NCBI GenBank assembly: GCA_045580815.1
Contig: JAZNOL010000115.1
Span: 1-55,132, forward strand
Source: Clostridia bacterium
GTDB taxonomy: Bacteria > Bacillota > Clostridia > RUG12999
DNA: 55,132 bases
Direction: 5' to 3'
Part shown: piece by piece, positions 1-8,005 of the stretch
Layout of the letters: the number at the start of each line of letters is the position of its first letter
How positions within the stretch are numbered: the first letter of the stretch is position 1
Position numbers and translations under genes: made by a program
Notes under the pieces: generated by a model
The model's input: only the letters and a program-made list of their open reading frames with translations
Databases searched by the model: none
Told to the model about the DNA's origin: nothing

Positions 1-105
1 TATAATAAAACACGAAGAAGGGACACGTTCAAGCGGTTACCTTCGGTTGTTTAGTTACATATTTACATAATAAACCACCTATGGCAGTAGGTGGTTTATT
101 TCTTT
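1..105 (+). ncRNA. Putative antisense/antitoxin sRNA (~90 nt) of a type I TA-like locus
   Basis: TATAAT at 1-6 (-35 would lie outside the window). No plausible ORF follows. Ends at a perfect 13-bp hairpin (69-100) plus TCTTT. Convergent with and overlapping the 3' end of a small hydrophobic ORF. Confidence 0.55.
69..105. terminator. Shared/bidirectional intrinsic terminator
   Basis: AATAAACCACCTA-tggcag-TAGGTGGTTTATT, perfect 13-bp stem followed by TCTTT on the + strand. Confidence 0.8.
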
Positions 106-164
106 ATTTCAACAATTATTCCATATGTAATCATAAGAATTACACAAAAGATAATAACTTCTAT
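96..164 (-). CDS. Putative type I toxin-like membrane peptide, 22 aa (I/M)EVIIFCVILMITYGIIVEIKK, non-canonical ATA start
   Basis: Strong SD AGGGAGG (174-180) 9 nt before ATA at 164. In-frame TAG immediately upstream (171-173). Single hydrophobic helix with C-terminal KK. Stop codon lies inside the terminator stem. Not in the ORF track. Confidence 0.55.
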   Translation of the reverse strand: MEVIIFCVILMITYGIIVEIKK

Positions 165-314
165 AAATATCTACCTCCCTTGTCTTATGTATTCCGACAA
201 GGTAAGTAAACTCACCTTCCTTTCCACCTTATCGGTAGCGGAAGGCAACCACCTAAACACGCTTATAAGGAGAATAATAGAGCAATTCAGCTATCCCTTC
301 TTCGCTTATGAGAT

Positions 315-343
315 ATTATACCATACTTTGCGAATTTTGTTAA
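315..343 (-). promoter_or_regulatory. Sigma-A promoter for the peptide mRNA (about 145-nt structured 5' UTR)
   Basis: TTAACA (338-343) -17 bp- TATAAT (315-320) with extended TG on the minus strand. Confidence 0.65.
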
Positions 344-383
344 CACAAATGCACCCTGTCCTTACGGAAGGGGTGTTTTTGTG
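344..383. terminator. Imperfect hairpin, probable terminator of the zinc-ribbon gene
   Basis: CACAAATGCACCCT...AGGGGTGTTTTTGTG inverted repeat located just downstream of the 407-955 gene. Confidence 0.45.
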
Positions 384-406
384 TATGTAGAACTATATGT
401 GTACCA

Positions 407-955
407 TTAAAAATCACTCTTACAACTATTACAATGCCATTGCTTTGTGGTTTTGCCTAAAGCAAATATACCCCATAATGCTACACTACCTGCTTTTGAT
501 AATCCTGAGATTTTCTTACAGTCGGTTGATTTGCAATAGGGACAGGTTATTGTGGGGGTTGTGGAAGTTGTTGTAGATGATTGGCTACCTGATGGTTTAC
601 CAAACATTTCGGGATTCCTTGTTTTAAGAAACTCCGAGAATTTTTCATCCTCTCTATCTTCCCATGCTTTAAACTCGTCTAATCTATCAAACAATGCTTG
701 GTCAAACTCAGGAGAGTTTTTAACAAGTTCGTTTTGTATAATGATTTCGAGGGCTCTATACTCTTCATTTGTCATTATTACAAATTTATTTATACCATCT
801 GTCTCTATATATGGTGTAATATATTTTTCTGGTACTATAATTAGATCCGTTCTACAATGGCGACATTTTCGCCAATAAGCAACATTTACCTGTTCAAAGC
901 CTAGGCTGTGCAGTAGTCCGCATTTTGGGCAATAATAATCACGGATAAAGCTCAT
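407..955 (-). CDS. Zinc-ribbon protein, prophage accessory type (182 aa)
   Basis: Four CxxC pairs (CPKC, CRHC, CPYC, CNSC). C-terminal CPYCKSTDCKKIS...hydrophobic GIFALG...WHCNSCKSDF module of the kind found in Firmicutes prophage accessory genes. SD AAGGAG at 967-972. Confidence 0.75.
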   Translation of the reverse strand: MSFIRDYYCPKCGLLHSLGFEQVNVAYWRKCRHCRTDLIIVPEKYITPYIETDGINKFVIMTNEEYRALEIIIQNELVKNSPEFDQALFDRLDEFKAWEDREDEKFSEFLKTRNPEMFGKPSGSQSSTTTSTTPTITCPYCKSTDCKKISGLSKAGSVALWGIFALGKTTKQWHCNSCKSDF

Positions 956-978
956 ACATCAATCATCTCCTTAATATC

Positions 979-1007
979 ATTATATCATAATGTTAGTTTA
1001 AAGTCAA
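979..1007 (-). promoter_or_regulatory. Sigma-A promoter of the zinc-ribbon gene
   Basis: TTGACT (1002-1007) -17 bp- TATAAT (979-984) with extended TG. Confidence 0.7.
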
Positions 1008-1464
1008 TATATATTGCGTTATCCACAAACGCCATATTATTAATAGTACGATATTTAGAACATTTGAAAACGATTTAGATGGCATAGAAAATAAACTTGG
1101 GTTTGGTAAAAGAACATTTGCTGAGTTTGACGCACAGGTAACAAAAGCCTTTGACAATGCAGAAGCAGGGGCAAATAAATTTACTACTTCACTAAAAAAA
1201 ACATGGGCTGCAACAAAAGCAATTTTTCGTGCAGAAAAAACTCCAGTTGAAGAACCTAATTGGAAGAAAACTTTCGATGGGGAAATTGTTTCTAAACAGA
1301 ATATTGATGATCGTAAGTCCATTTTAGGAGGCGGTCATATGGCAAACAGTGAAATTATAAATGATTTAAAACAGGCTATTGCCAAGGAAATAATAAATGA
1401 TGTATTAATTGTTGATAAAAACCACGCTTTGCGTGGCTTTTATTTTGCTGTTGGCAGTTTTTGA
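997..1464 (+). pseudogene. Start-less phage-like coding relic (tape-measure-like segment joined in frame to a short MANSEII... gene start)
   Basis: Stop-free frame 997-1461 with no start codon until ATG 1339 (own SD GGAGG). Reads IFRTFENDLDGIENKLGFGKRTFAEFDAQVTKAFDNAEAGANKFTTSLKKTWAATKAIF..., amphipathic and A/K/E-rich. The track ORF 993-1322(-) looks like its antisense shadow. Confidence 0.4.
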
Positions 1465-1515
1465 CGGTGGCAATTTGTTAGCTGCATTATATGGCAAAAT
1501 AACATATAAAAATAA

Positions 1516-1544
1516 TTGACAACCGGATAAATATATGGTATAAT
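1516..1544 (+). promoter_or_regulatory. Consensus sigma-A promoter
   Basis: TTGACA (1516-1521) -17 bp- TATAAT (1539-1544), extended TG. Confidence 0.85.
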
Positions 1545-1617
1545 TATCCTATGAAATAGGAAGTTTAAAAAGAAGCGTAAAGAATAAATAAAATAAAAAG
1601 AATTGAGGGAAACTATT

Positions 1618-2538
1618 ATGGCAATTACAGTTGAAAAAACCGTATATTCAAAATGGGGAAACTGCATCAGAATTTCAAACGGCGAGGTTGAAATTTTCTG
1701 CACAATAGATATTGGTCCGAATATTATTCGCTGTGCACCAATCGGCAAACCGAACCTGTTTTTTGAAGACCTTGACAACCAGACTTTAAAAGATTTGCCC
1801 GACGGCGTTTTCAGAGGCACACGCTGGCAGAACTATGGCGGTCACCGTTTCTGGGTAAGTCCGGAAGCATATCCATTTACATATTATCCGGCGATTGATA
1901 ATGTTGATTATGAAATTCTTGACAACGGCGTTGTTTTAAAACAGTGCAATCAGGAATTCAATAACATAAAACTTGAAATGACTGTTACCATGACAGAAGA
2001 CGGCGAAATCACTGTTGTTCATAAACTTGAAAACACCGGTGCATGGGAAATAGAGCTTGCACCCTGGGCACTTACCGTGCTTACAAAAGGCGGAGTTGAG
2101 ATTATTCCTCAGCCCAACCGTGAAACAGACCTGCTTGCAAACAGAGTGCTTGCTGTGTGGCCTTATACAAACATGGGCGACGAGCGTGTTACATGGAGCA
2201 AGGATTATATTGCTCTGCGTCAGAATCCGCAAGCAGGCGACAATGCATTTAAAATCGGTATCAACAACGAGCACGGATATGCCGCATATTTTGTAAACGG
2301 AATGCTGTTCCTTAAAAATTATGAGCAGTATATTGACGGTGTTTATCCCGATTACGGTGTTTCTTTTGAGACATATACAAACGGCGATATTATGGAAATG
2401 GAAACTCTTGGTGAACTGGCACTTTTAAAACCGGGTGAAACAACAACTCACACCGAAAAATGGAAGATTTTTGATAATGTTGAGGCACCGGCAATAAACG
2501 ATGCTGACATCAAAGCAAAACTTGATAAATATATATAA
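1618..2538 (+). CDS. DUF4380-like / galactose-mutarotase-like beta-sandwich protein
   Basis: Motifs IGPNII, YGGHRFWVSPE, YPDYGVSFETY, MEMETLG. SD GAGGG before ATG 1618. Confidence 0.7.
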   Translation: MAITVEKTVYSKWGNCIRISNGEVEIFCTIDIGPNIIRCAPIGKPNLFFEDLDNQTLKDLPDGVFRGTRWQNYGGHRFWVSPEAYPFTYYPAIDNVDYEILDNGVVLKQCNQEFNNIKLEMTVTMTEDGEITVVHKLENTGAWEIELAPWALTVLTKGGVEIIPQPNRETDLLANRVLAVWPYTNMGDERVTWSKDYIALRQNPQAGDNAFKIGINNEHGYAAYFVNGMLFLKNYEQYIDGVYPDYGVSFETYTNGDIMEMETLGELALLKPGETTTHTEKWKIFDNVEAPAINDADIKAKLDKYI

Positions 2539-2547
2539 TGCAGATTG

Positions 2548-2573
2548 AAAAGGGTCGTAATCGACCCTTTTTT
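2548..2573 (+). terminator. Intrinsic terminator between DUF4380-like gene and mfd
   Basis: AAAAGGGTCG-taat-CGACCCTTTT followed by a T run. Confidence 0.7.
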
Positions 2574-2598
2574 AAGCGAAGTAGCAGAAGAGGTTTTT

Positions 2599-5500
2599 AT
2601 GAGTTATCTGATAAATGACAGACAAACAGCGGCGATTGCCGAAAATATAAAAAACGGTGTATATCCTTTGTCAGTTTCGGGGCTTTCCGATTCGGCAAGG
2701 GCTGATTTTGTTGCCGCAGTTTGCGAAAAAACATCAAAAAAACCTTTTGTTATAGTAGACAGTGCCCTTGATGCCCGTGTGCTTAAAGAAGACCTTGAAT
2801 TTTATATGCCGCAAAAAAATGTTCTGCTTTATCCGTCAAAAGATTATCTGTTTCACAATATTGAGGCAGCAGGCAAAAACATCACAACAACACGAATAAA
2901 TACGGTTATGAGCATTAAAAACGGCGATGCCGACGGCGTTGTTGCCTGCATTGATGCTGTTATGGAATATACTCTTGACAAAAAGCTTTCCGATAAATAT
3001 GTAATAACCGTAAAACAGGGCGAGCGGTTTGATTTTGAAGATTTAAAATCCCGTCTTGTGATTATGGGATATAAATTCTGCGATTTTGTTGAAGGTGCAG
3101 GACAGGCAAGTTTTCGTGGCGGCATACTTGACGTGTTTTCTCCCTCATCAAAAAAGCCTATACGCATTGAGTTTTTTGACGATGAGGTTGATACCGTGCG
3201 GTTTTTTGACCCGCAAACTCAGCTTTCTGAAAAAACAGCGACGGATTGTGTGATTTATCCTTGCCGTGAGTGTATTATCGAAGACGTAAAACCCATAGTG
3301 AAAAAACTTGAAAAGCACAGCGACATGGCGTGGATTGCAAAAGACGTGGAGCTTTTTGAAAATTCACGGTATTTTCCTGCAATGGACAGATATATTCCTT
3401 TGATTTTTGAAAAAATTCCCACAATTGTTGATTATTTAAACGATGATTATATCATTTTCACCGATTATCCGGCATCTGTTTTTGAACGTGGGGATAATTT
3501 TGCAAACGAAATAAACGAAAATCTTTTGCAGTTTGCACAGGACGGCAATATGCCGTTTTTTGACAAAAATTATCTTGCTATGCCGGATGATATTCTTAAA
3601 AACACAAAGCTGCCGGTGGTGATGACGGGCAGTATTTCCGCTTCCTGCGGTAGTGTTAGTGTGAAACAGCAGTTTGATATGGGCGTGCGTAATGCCCAGT
3701 CTTATCAGGGCAGGCTTGAGCTTGTTATTGACGATATAAAATTCTGGCAGAAAAAAGGTTGCGCAGTCACAATTCTTGCCGGAAGCAACCGCAAACGCGA
3801 GGCGTTTGCACATACTCTTGAAGATAATAATATACCTTATATAATATATGACGGCGACGGATTTGCAAAAAAAGGCGAAACCGTCATAAAATGCGGTTCG
3901 GTAAACCGTGGTTTTGAATGTCCGGCTCTTGCATCGGTGCTTATTGGGTCAAGAGAAATTTTCGGAACAGCAAAACAGAAACGCAAAGAAACCTCAATGC
4001 CCGGTGTCAAGATAAAATCCTTTGCAGATTTGTCCATTGGTGATTATGTTGTGCATCAGATACACGGCATCGGTAAATATCTTGGGCTTGTGCGTATGGA
4101 GGTAGACAAAGCCGAACGTGATTATCTTAAAATCCAGTATCGTGGTACGGATGTGCTGTATGTTCCGGCAACATCCCTTGATGTTGTCAACAAGTATATA
4201 AGCGGAGAGGCAAAGGATTTAAAACTCAACAAAATGGGTGGCAGTGAATTTGCAAAAACAAAGGCAAAGGTCAAAAAAGCCCTTGAAGATATTGCCGGCT
4301 CGCTTATTGCACTGTATGCCGCACGTTCTTCTCAGAAAGGCTTTGCTTTTTCTCCCGACAACGACTGGCAACACAATTTTGAAGAGATGTTTCCCTATGA
4401 AGAAACTCCCGACCAGCTGAAATGTATTGAAGAAGTAAAAAAAGACATGGAATCCGAAAGACCCATGGAACGTCTGCTTTGCGGAGACGTGGGTTTCGGA
4501 AAAACCGAGGTTGCTCTGCGGGCGGCGTTTAAGGCTGTTATGGACAGCAAACAGGTGGCGTATCTTGTGCCAACAACAATTCTGGCACAACAGCATTACA
4601 ACACTTTTGCGTCAAGAATGAGAGATTTCCCGGCAATTAATGTGGAAATGCTCTCACGTTTCCGCACGCCCAAACAGCAGAAAGAAATTGTCAAACGTGT
4701 AAACAGCGGTGAAATTGATATTATAATAGGCACACACCGTATTTTGCAGGAAGATTTGCAGTTTAAAGATTTAGGTCTGCTTATTATTGACGAAGAACAG
4801 CGGTTCGGTGTCAAGCACAAAGAAAAAATCAAAACTCTTAAAAACAGCATAGACGTGCTTACCCTTACGGCAACGCCTATCCCGAGAACTCTGCATATGT
4901 CACTTACGGGAATCCGTGACATGAGCGTTATTGCCATGCCGCCTGAGGACAGATATCCCGTCCAGACCTTTATTGCGGAATATGATAAAGAGCTTATCCG
5001 TGAGGCAATTGCCCGTGAAGTGGGCAGGGGCGGTCAGGTTTATTATGTATATAACCGTGTGGAGAGCATATACAAGGTGGCGCAGGAAATTTCAGACCTG
5101 ATAGACGGCGTGCGTGTGTCGGTTGCTCATGGGCAGATGAGTGAGCGTGAGCTTGAAATTATTATGATGCAGATGCTTGCCGGCGAAATTGATGTGCTTG
5201 TCTGCACAACAATCATTGAAACCGGGCTTGATATACAAAATGCAAACACAATTATTATTGAAAATGCGGACTGTTTCGGGCTGTCACAGCTTTATCAGCT
5301 TCGTGGCAGAGTGGGACGTTCAAACCGTCTTGCGTATGCTTATATGACATACCGTAAAAATAAAATTATTAACGAAACAGCAGAAAAACGTCTGACAGCA
5401 ATCCGTGAATTTACCGAATGGGGCTCCGGTTTTAAAATTGCTATGCGTGACCTTGAAATCAGGGGTGCCGGTAATCTGCTTGGTGCACGTCAGCACGGTG

Positions 5501-6045
5501 AAATGGATGCTGTTGGTTATGATATGTACTGCAAACTGCTGGGCGAAGCTGTTGCCGAAGCGAAAGGCGAGCCTGAAAAAGAAGAAATTATCACAAGTGT
5601 GGATATAAAGGTGGATACTTATATTCCCGAAGAATATATTGCATCACACAACGTGCGTATTGAAATTTATAAGAAAATTGCATCGGTTAAAAGTGAAGAG
5701 GATAAGGAAACAATTATAGATGAGCTTGTGGACCGTTTCGGCACGCCGCCGCAGAGCATTGTCAGTCTGCTTGACGTATCTTTGGTGCGTGAATATGCCG
5801 CACAGGCGGGAATAAGTGATGTTACGGAAACGGGAGAACGCGTTTATATGATGTTCCAGTCACAGCCGGACGAAGAAAAGGTTGCGGCGGTGGTATCGGC
5901 GTTCCGTGGGCAGGTTCTGTATTCTGCCGGCAAAAAACAGAGGCTTGTTTATATAGGAAGATATTCAAACACGCAGACACTTCTTAAACAGCTTAAAACC
6001 GTGCTGATTTATTATAATTCCTATAATGTGGATGATAAAAATTAA
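2599..6045 (+). CDS. mfd: Transcription-repair coupling factor
   Basis: UvrB-like RGGILDVF, CarD-like GDYVVHQIHGIGKY, Walker A GDVGFGKT, DEEQRFG, TATPIPRTL, QLRGRVGRS, RDLEIRGAGNLLG and C-terminal TRCF domain. ATG 2599 follows GAGG. Confidence 0.97.
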   Translation: MSYLINDRQTAAIAENIKNGVYPLSVSGLSDSARADFVAAVCEKTSKKPFVIVDSALDARVLKEDLEFYMPQKNVLLYPSKDYLFHNIEAAGKNITTTRINTVMSIKNGDADGVVACIDAVMEYTLDKKLSDKYVITVKQGERFDFEDLKSRLVIMGYKFCDFVEGAGQASFRGGILDVFSPSSKKPIRIEFFDDEVDTVRFFDPQTQLSEKTATDCVIYPCRECIIEDVKPIVKKLEKHSDMAWIAKDVELFENSRYFPAMDRYIPLIFEKIPTIVDYLNDDYIIFTDYPASVFERGDNFANEINENLLQFAQDGNMPFFDKNYLAMPDDILKNTKLPVVMTGSISASCGSVSVKQQFDMGVRNAQSYQGRLELVIDDIKFWQKKGCAVTILAGSNRKREAFAHTLEDNNIPYIIYDGDGFAKKGETVIKCGSVNRGFECPALASVLIGSREIFGTAKQKRKETSMPGVKIKSFADLSIGDYVVHQIHGIGKYLGLVRMEVDKAERDYLKIQYRGTDVLYVPATSLDVVNKYISGEAKDLKLNKMGGSEFAKTKAKVKKALEDIAGSLIALYAARSSQKGFAFSPDNDWQHNFEEMFPYEETPDQLKCIEEVKKDMESERPMERLLCGDVGFGKTEVALRAAFKAVMDSKQVAYLVPTTILAQQHYNTFASRMRDFPAINVEMLSRFRTPKQQKEIVKRVNSGEIDIIIGTHRILQEDLQFKDLGLLIIDEEQRFGVKHKEKIKTLKNSIDVLTLTATPIPRTLHMSLTGIRDMSVIAMPPEDRYPVQTFIAEYDKELIREAIAREVGRGGQVYYVYNRVESIYKVAQEISDLIDGVRVSVAHGQMSERELEIIMMQMLAGEIDVLVCTTIIETGLDIQNANTIIIENADCFGLSQLYQLRGRVGRSNRLAYAYMTYRKNKIINETAEKRLTAIREFTEWGSGFKIAMRDLEIRGAGNLLGARQHGEMDAVGYDMYCKLLGEAVAEAKGEPEKEEIITSVDIKVDTYIPEEYIASHNVRIEIYKKIASVKSEEDKETIIDELVDRFGTPPQSIVSLLDVSLVREYAAQAGISDVTETGERVYMMFQSQPDEEKVAAVVSAFRGQVLYSAGKKQRLVYIGRYSNTQTLLKQLKTVLIYYNSYNVDDKN

Positions 6046-6071
6046 TTTTTTGTGAATTTTAATAAAAAGTA

Positions 6072-6100
6072 TTTACTTGAAACAACTTTTGTGGTATAAT
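6072..6100 (+). promoter_or_regulatory. Sigma-A promoter (extended -10)
   Basis: TTTACT -17 bp- TATAAT (6095-6100) preceded by TG. Confidence 0.55.
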
Positions 6101-6179
6101 TTATATAATTGCAGAAAAATAATATGCAAAAATCGGTCGTAAAAGATCGAAAAGGGGTTTTATAACGGAGGATAAAATA

Positions 6180-7280
6180 ATGAATGTTTTGTTTTTGTCT
6201 ATTTCGACAGGAAGTGGGCATGCAAGTTGTGCAAGGGCAATGGAAAATACACTTAAAAATATGGGCGCAACAACGTATTCGCTTGATGTTTTCGGATACA
6301 GTAATAAATTTTTGGAAAAAGCAGTTTCGGATATGTATCTTTTTGCACTTAATAAAACGCCGAAACTTTATGGTAAATATTACGATAAGGAAGATTACGG
6401 AAAAGGTAAGTTTGTAAACGTTGTTTCCAAATTCAATATAACGGTAAAAAACAAAATAGAAAAATTTATTATCGACAACAAAATAGATGCGGTTGTTTGT
6501 ACACATCTTTTTGCAGCACAGCTTATGATGCTGATAAAGAAAAAAGTTAAAACACTTAATATAGGCGTTGTAACGGATTATACAATACATCCGAAATGGG
6601 AAACGACCGATATGGATGCTTATGTTATTGCAGACAAATCGCTCATTCCTCTTGCACTTAAAAAAGGATTAAAAGAGGAAAAAATGATGCCCATAGGAAT
6701 ACCGGTTGATGAAAAATTTACTAAAGTCGGTGACAAAGCAGCGGCAAGGAAAAATCTTGGTTTTGATGATAAACCGCTTTTGTTTGTTATGATGGGTTCA
6801 ATGGGTTTTGGAAATATTAAAGAAATAGTTAAAGAGCTTGATGATGCACAGGGAGATTTCAATATAGCTATTGTTTGCGGAAGCAACAAAAAAGCCTTAA
6901 AAACTATTCAAAAAAGTACATATGAACATAATGTGAAAGCATACGGTTTTGTAAATAATGTTGATGAGTTTATGGATGCGGCGGAGTGCATAATCACAAA
7001 ACCGGGCGGTCTTAGTGTAACCGAAAGTCTTGCAAAAAAATTACCGATGATATACATTGACCCAATTCCCGGTCAGGAAGAAAGAAATATCGAGTTTTTG
7101 GTAAACAGCGGTGTTGGACTTATGGTTTCAAATACGTATACGTTGGCAATGGCCGTATCACTCTTTTTCACTGATGAAGCAAGAAGACAAGAAATGCAAA
7201 ATGCTGTTGTGCGACTTGCAAAACCGGATGCCGCTAAAAAAATTGGTGAATATATAATGAGACGAGGAGATATAGAGTGA
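6180..7280 (+). CDS. MGDG synthase/UgtP-like diacylglycerol glycosyltransferase (GT28)
   Basis: GSGH at the N-terminus, VVCTH, VVTDY, IGIPV, MGSMG, ITKPGGLS, PGQEERN. Confidence 0.88.
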   Translation: MNVLFLSISTGSGHASCARAMENTLKNMGATTYSLDVFGYSNKFLEKAVSDMYLFALNKTPKLYGKYYDKEDYGKGKFVNVVSKFNITVKNKIEKFIIDNKIDAVVCTHLFAAQLMMLIKKKVKTLNIGVVTDYTIHPKWETTDMDAYVIADKSLIPLALKKGLKEEKMMPIGIPVDEKFTKVGDKAAARKNLGFDDKPLLFVMMGSMGFGNIKEIVKELDDAQGDFNIAIVCGSNKKALKTIQKSTYEHNVKAYGFVNNVDEFMDAAECIITKPGGLSVTESLAKKLPMIYIDPIPGQEERNIEFLVNSGVGLMVSNTYTLAMAVSLFFTDEARRQEMQNAVVRLAKPDAAKKIGEYIMRRGDIE

Positions 7281-7906
7281 AAAAAGAAAAAGGTAAAAAG
7301 AGGGACAAGAAAAAAGTTCTTCTGACAGTGCTGATTGTAATTTTGTCGTTGGCAGTAATAGGCTTTGTGCTGTTTCAGTATGTGTTTAAACCGATTATTG
7401 TTGATTATGCTTTCGGTGAAATAACAGATATGGTTGTTCAGACTATGGGAAATAAAGCACAAAATGAAGTGCAAAATGTAGGAGAACAGCCTCAACAACC
7501 GGAGAATGCAGAGAATACCGATGGTGAAAATGCAGAAGATAGTGACGTGGAACAATCGGAAGAAGCTGAAATAGAAAAACGCCGTGAAGAAGTTAATAAC
7601 ATGAGCGTGAACGAGGTGGCGTCAATTGTGGCGGCAGATTCGGGACTTATAGCACAGCTTGAAAAAATTGTTTCTCCTGCGGATAAAGAAAAAGTAATCA
7701 GCATTTTGCTTTCAAATTTCACAAAGGAAGAAATTGCCAAATATTCGGCTGAGGTTGCGGCAGGTATTACATCTCAAAGAAAAAGTGAGCTTGCGGCAAT
7801 GGCAAGAAGCCGTCTTACAAGTGCACAATGGTCTCAGTGTATGCAGCTTTTTGCAAAATATGTTGATCAACTTCGTCCCATAATTGCAGAAAAAATAAAA
7901 AACTAA
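7277..7906 (+). CDS. Membrane-anchored hypothetical protein
   Basis: Basic N-terminus, one TM helix, acidic linker, helical C-domain. GTG start overlaps the upstream stop and has SD AGGAG. Confidence 0.75.
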   Translation: MKKEKGKKRDKKKVLLTVLIVILSLAVIGFVLFQYVFKPIIVDYAFGEITDMVVQTMGNKAQNEVQNVGEQPQQPENAENTDGENAEDSDVEQSEEAEIEKRREEVNNMSVNEVASIVAADSGLIAQLEKIVSPADKEKVISILLSNFTKEEIAKYSAEVAAGITSQRKSELAAMARSRLTSAQWSQCMQLFAKYVDQLRPIIAEKIKN

Positions 7907-7924
7907 AAAAAATTTAAAAAACTA

Positions 7925-7953
7925 TTGCAATTTCAAAAAAAATGTGATATAAT
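7925..7953 (+). promoter_or_regulatory. Sigma-A promoter of the SLH protein gene
   Basis: TTGCAA -17 bp- TATAAT with extended TG and an A-rich upstream region. Confidence 0.75.
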
Positions 7954-8005
7954 ACAATTAGGTGTATTGACACGAAAAACCTAAAATTTTAATGAGGTGA
8001 ACACA

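Noticed and set aside
91-390. 99-aa + strand ORF in the track
   Set aside because: Starts inside a terminator stem, has no SD, and is antisense to a better-supported promoter/SD/peptide unit.
993-1322. 109-aa minus-strand ORF
   Set aside because: S/F-rich composition typical of an antisense shadow. The + frame is the protein-like one.
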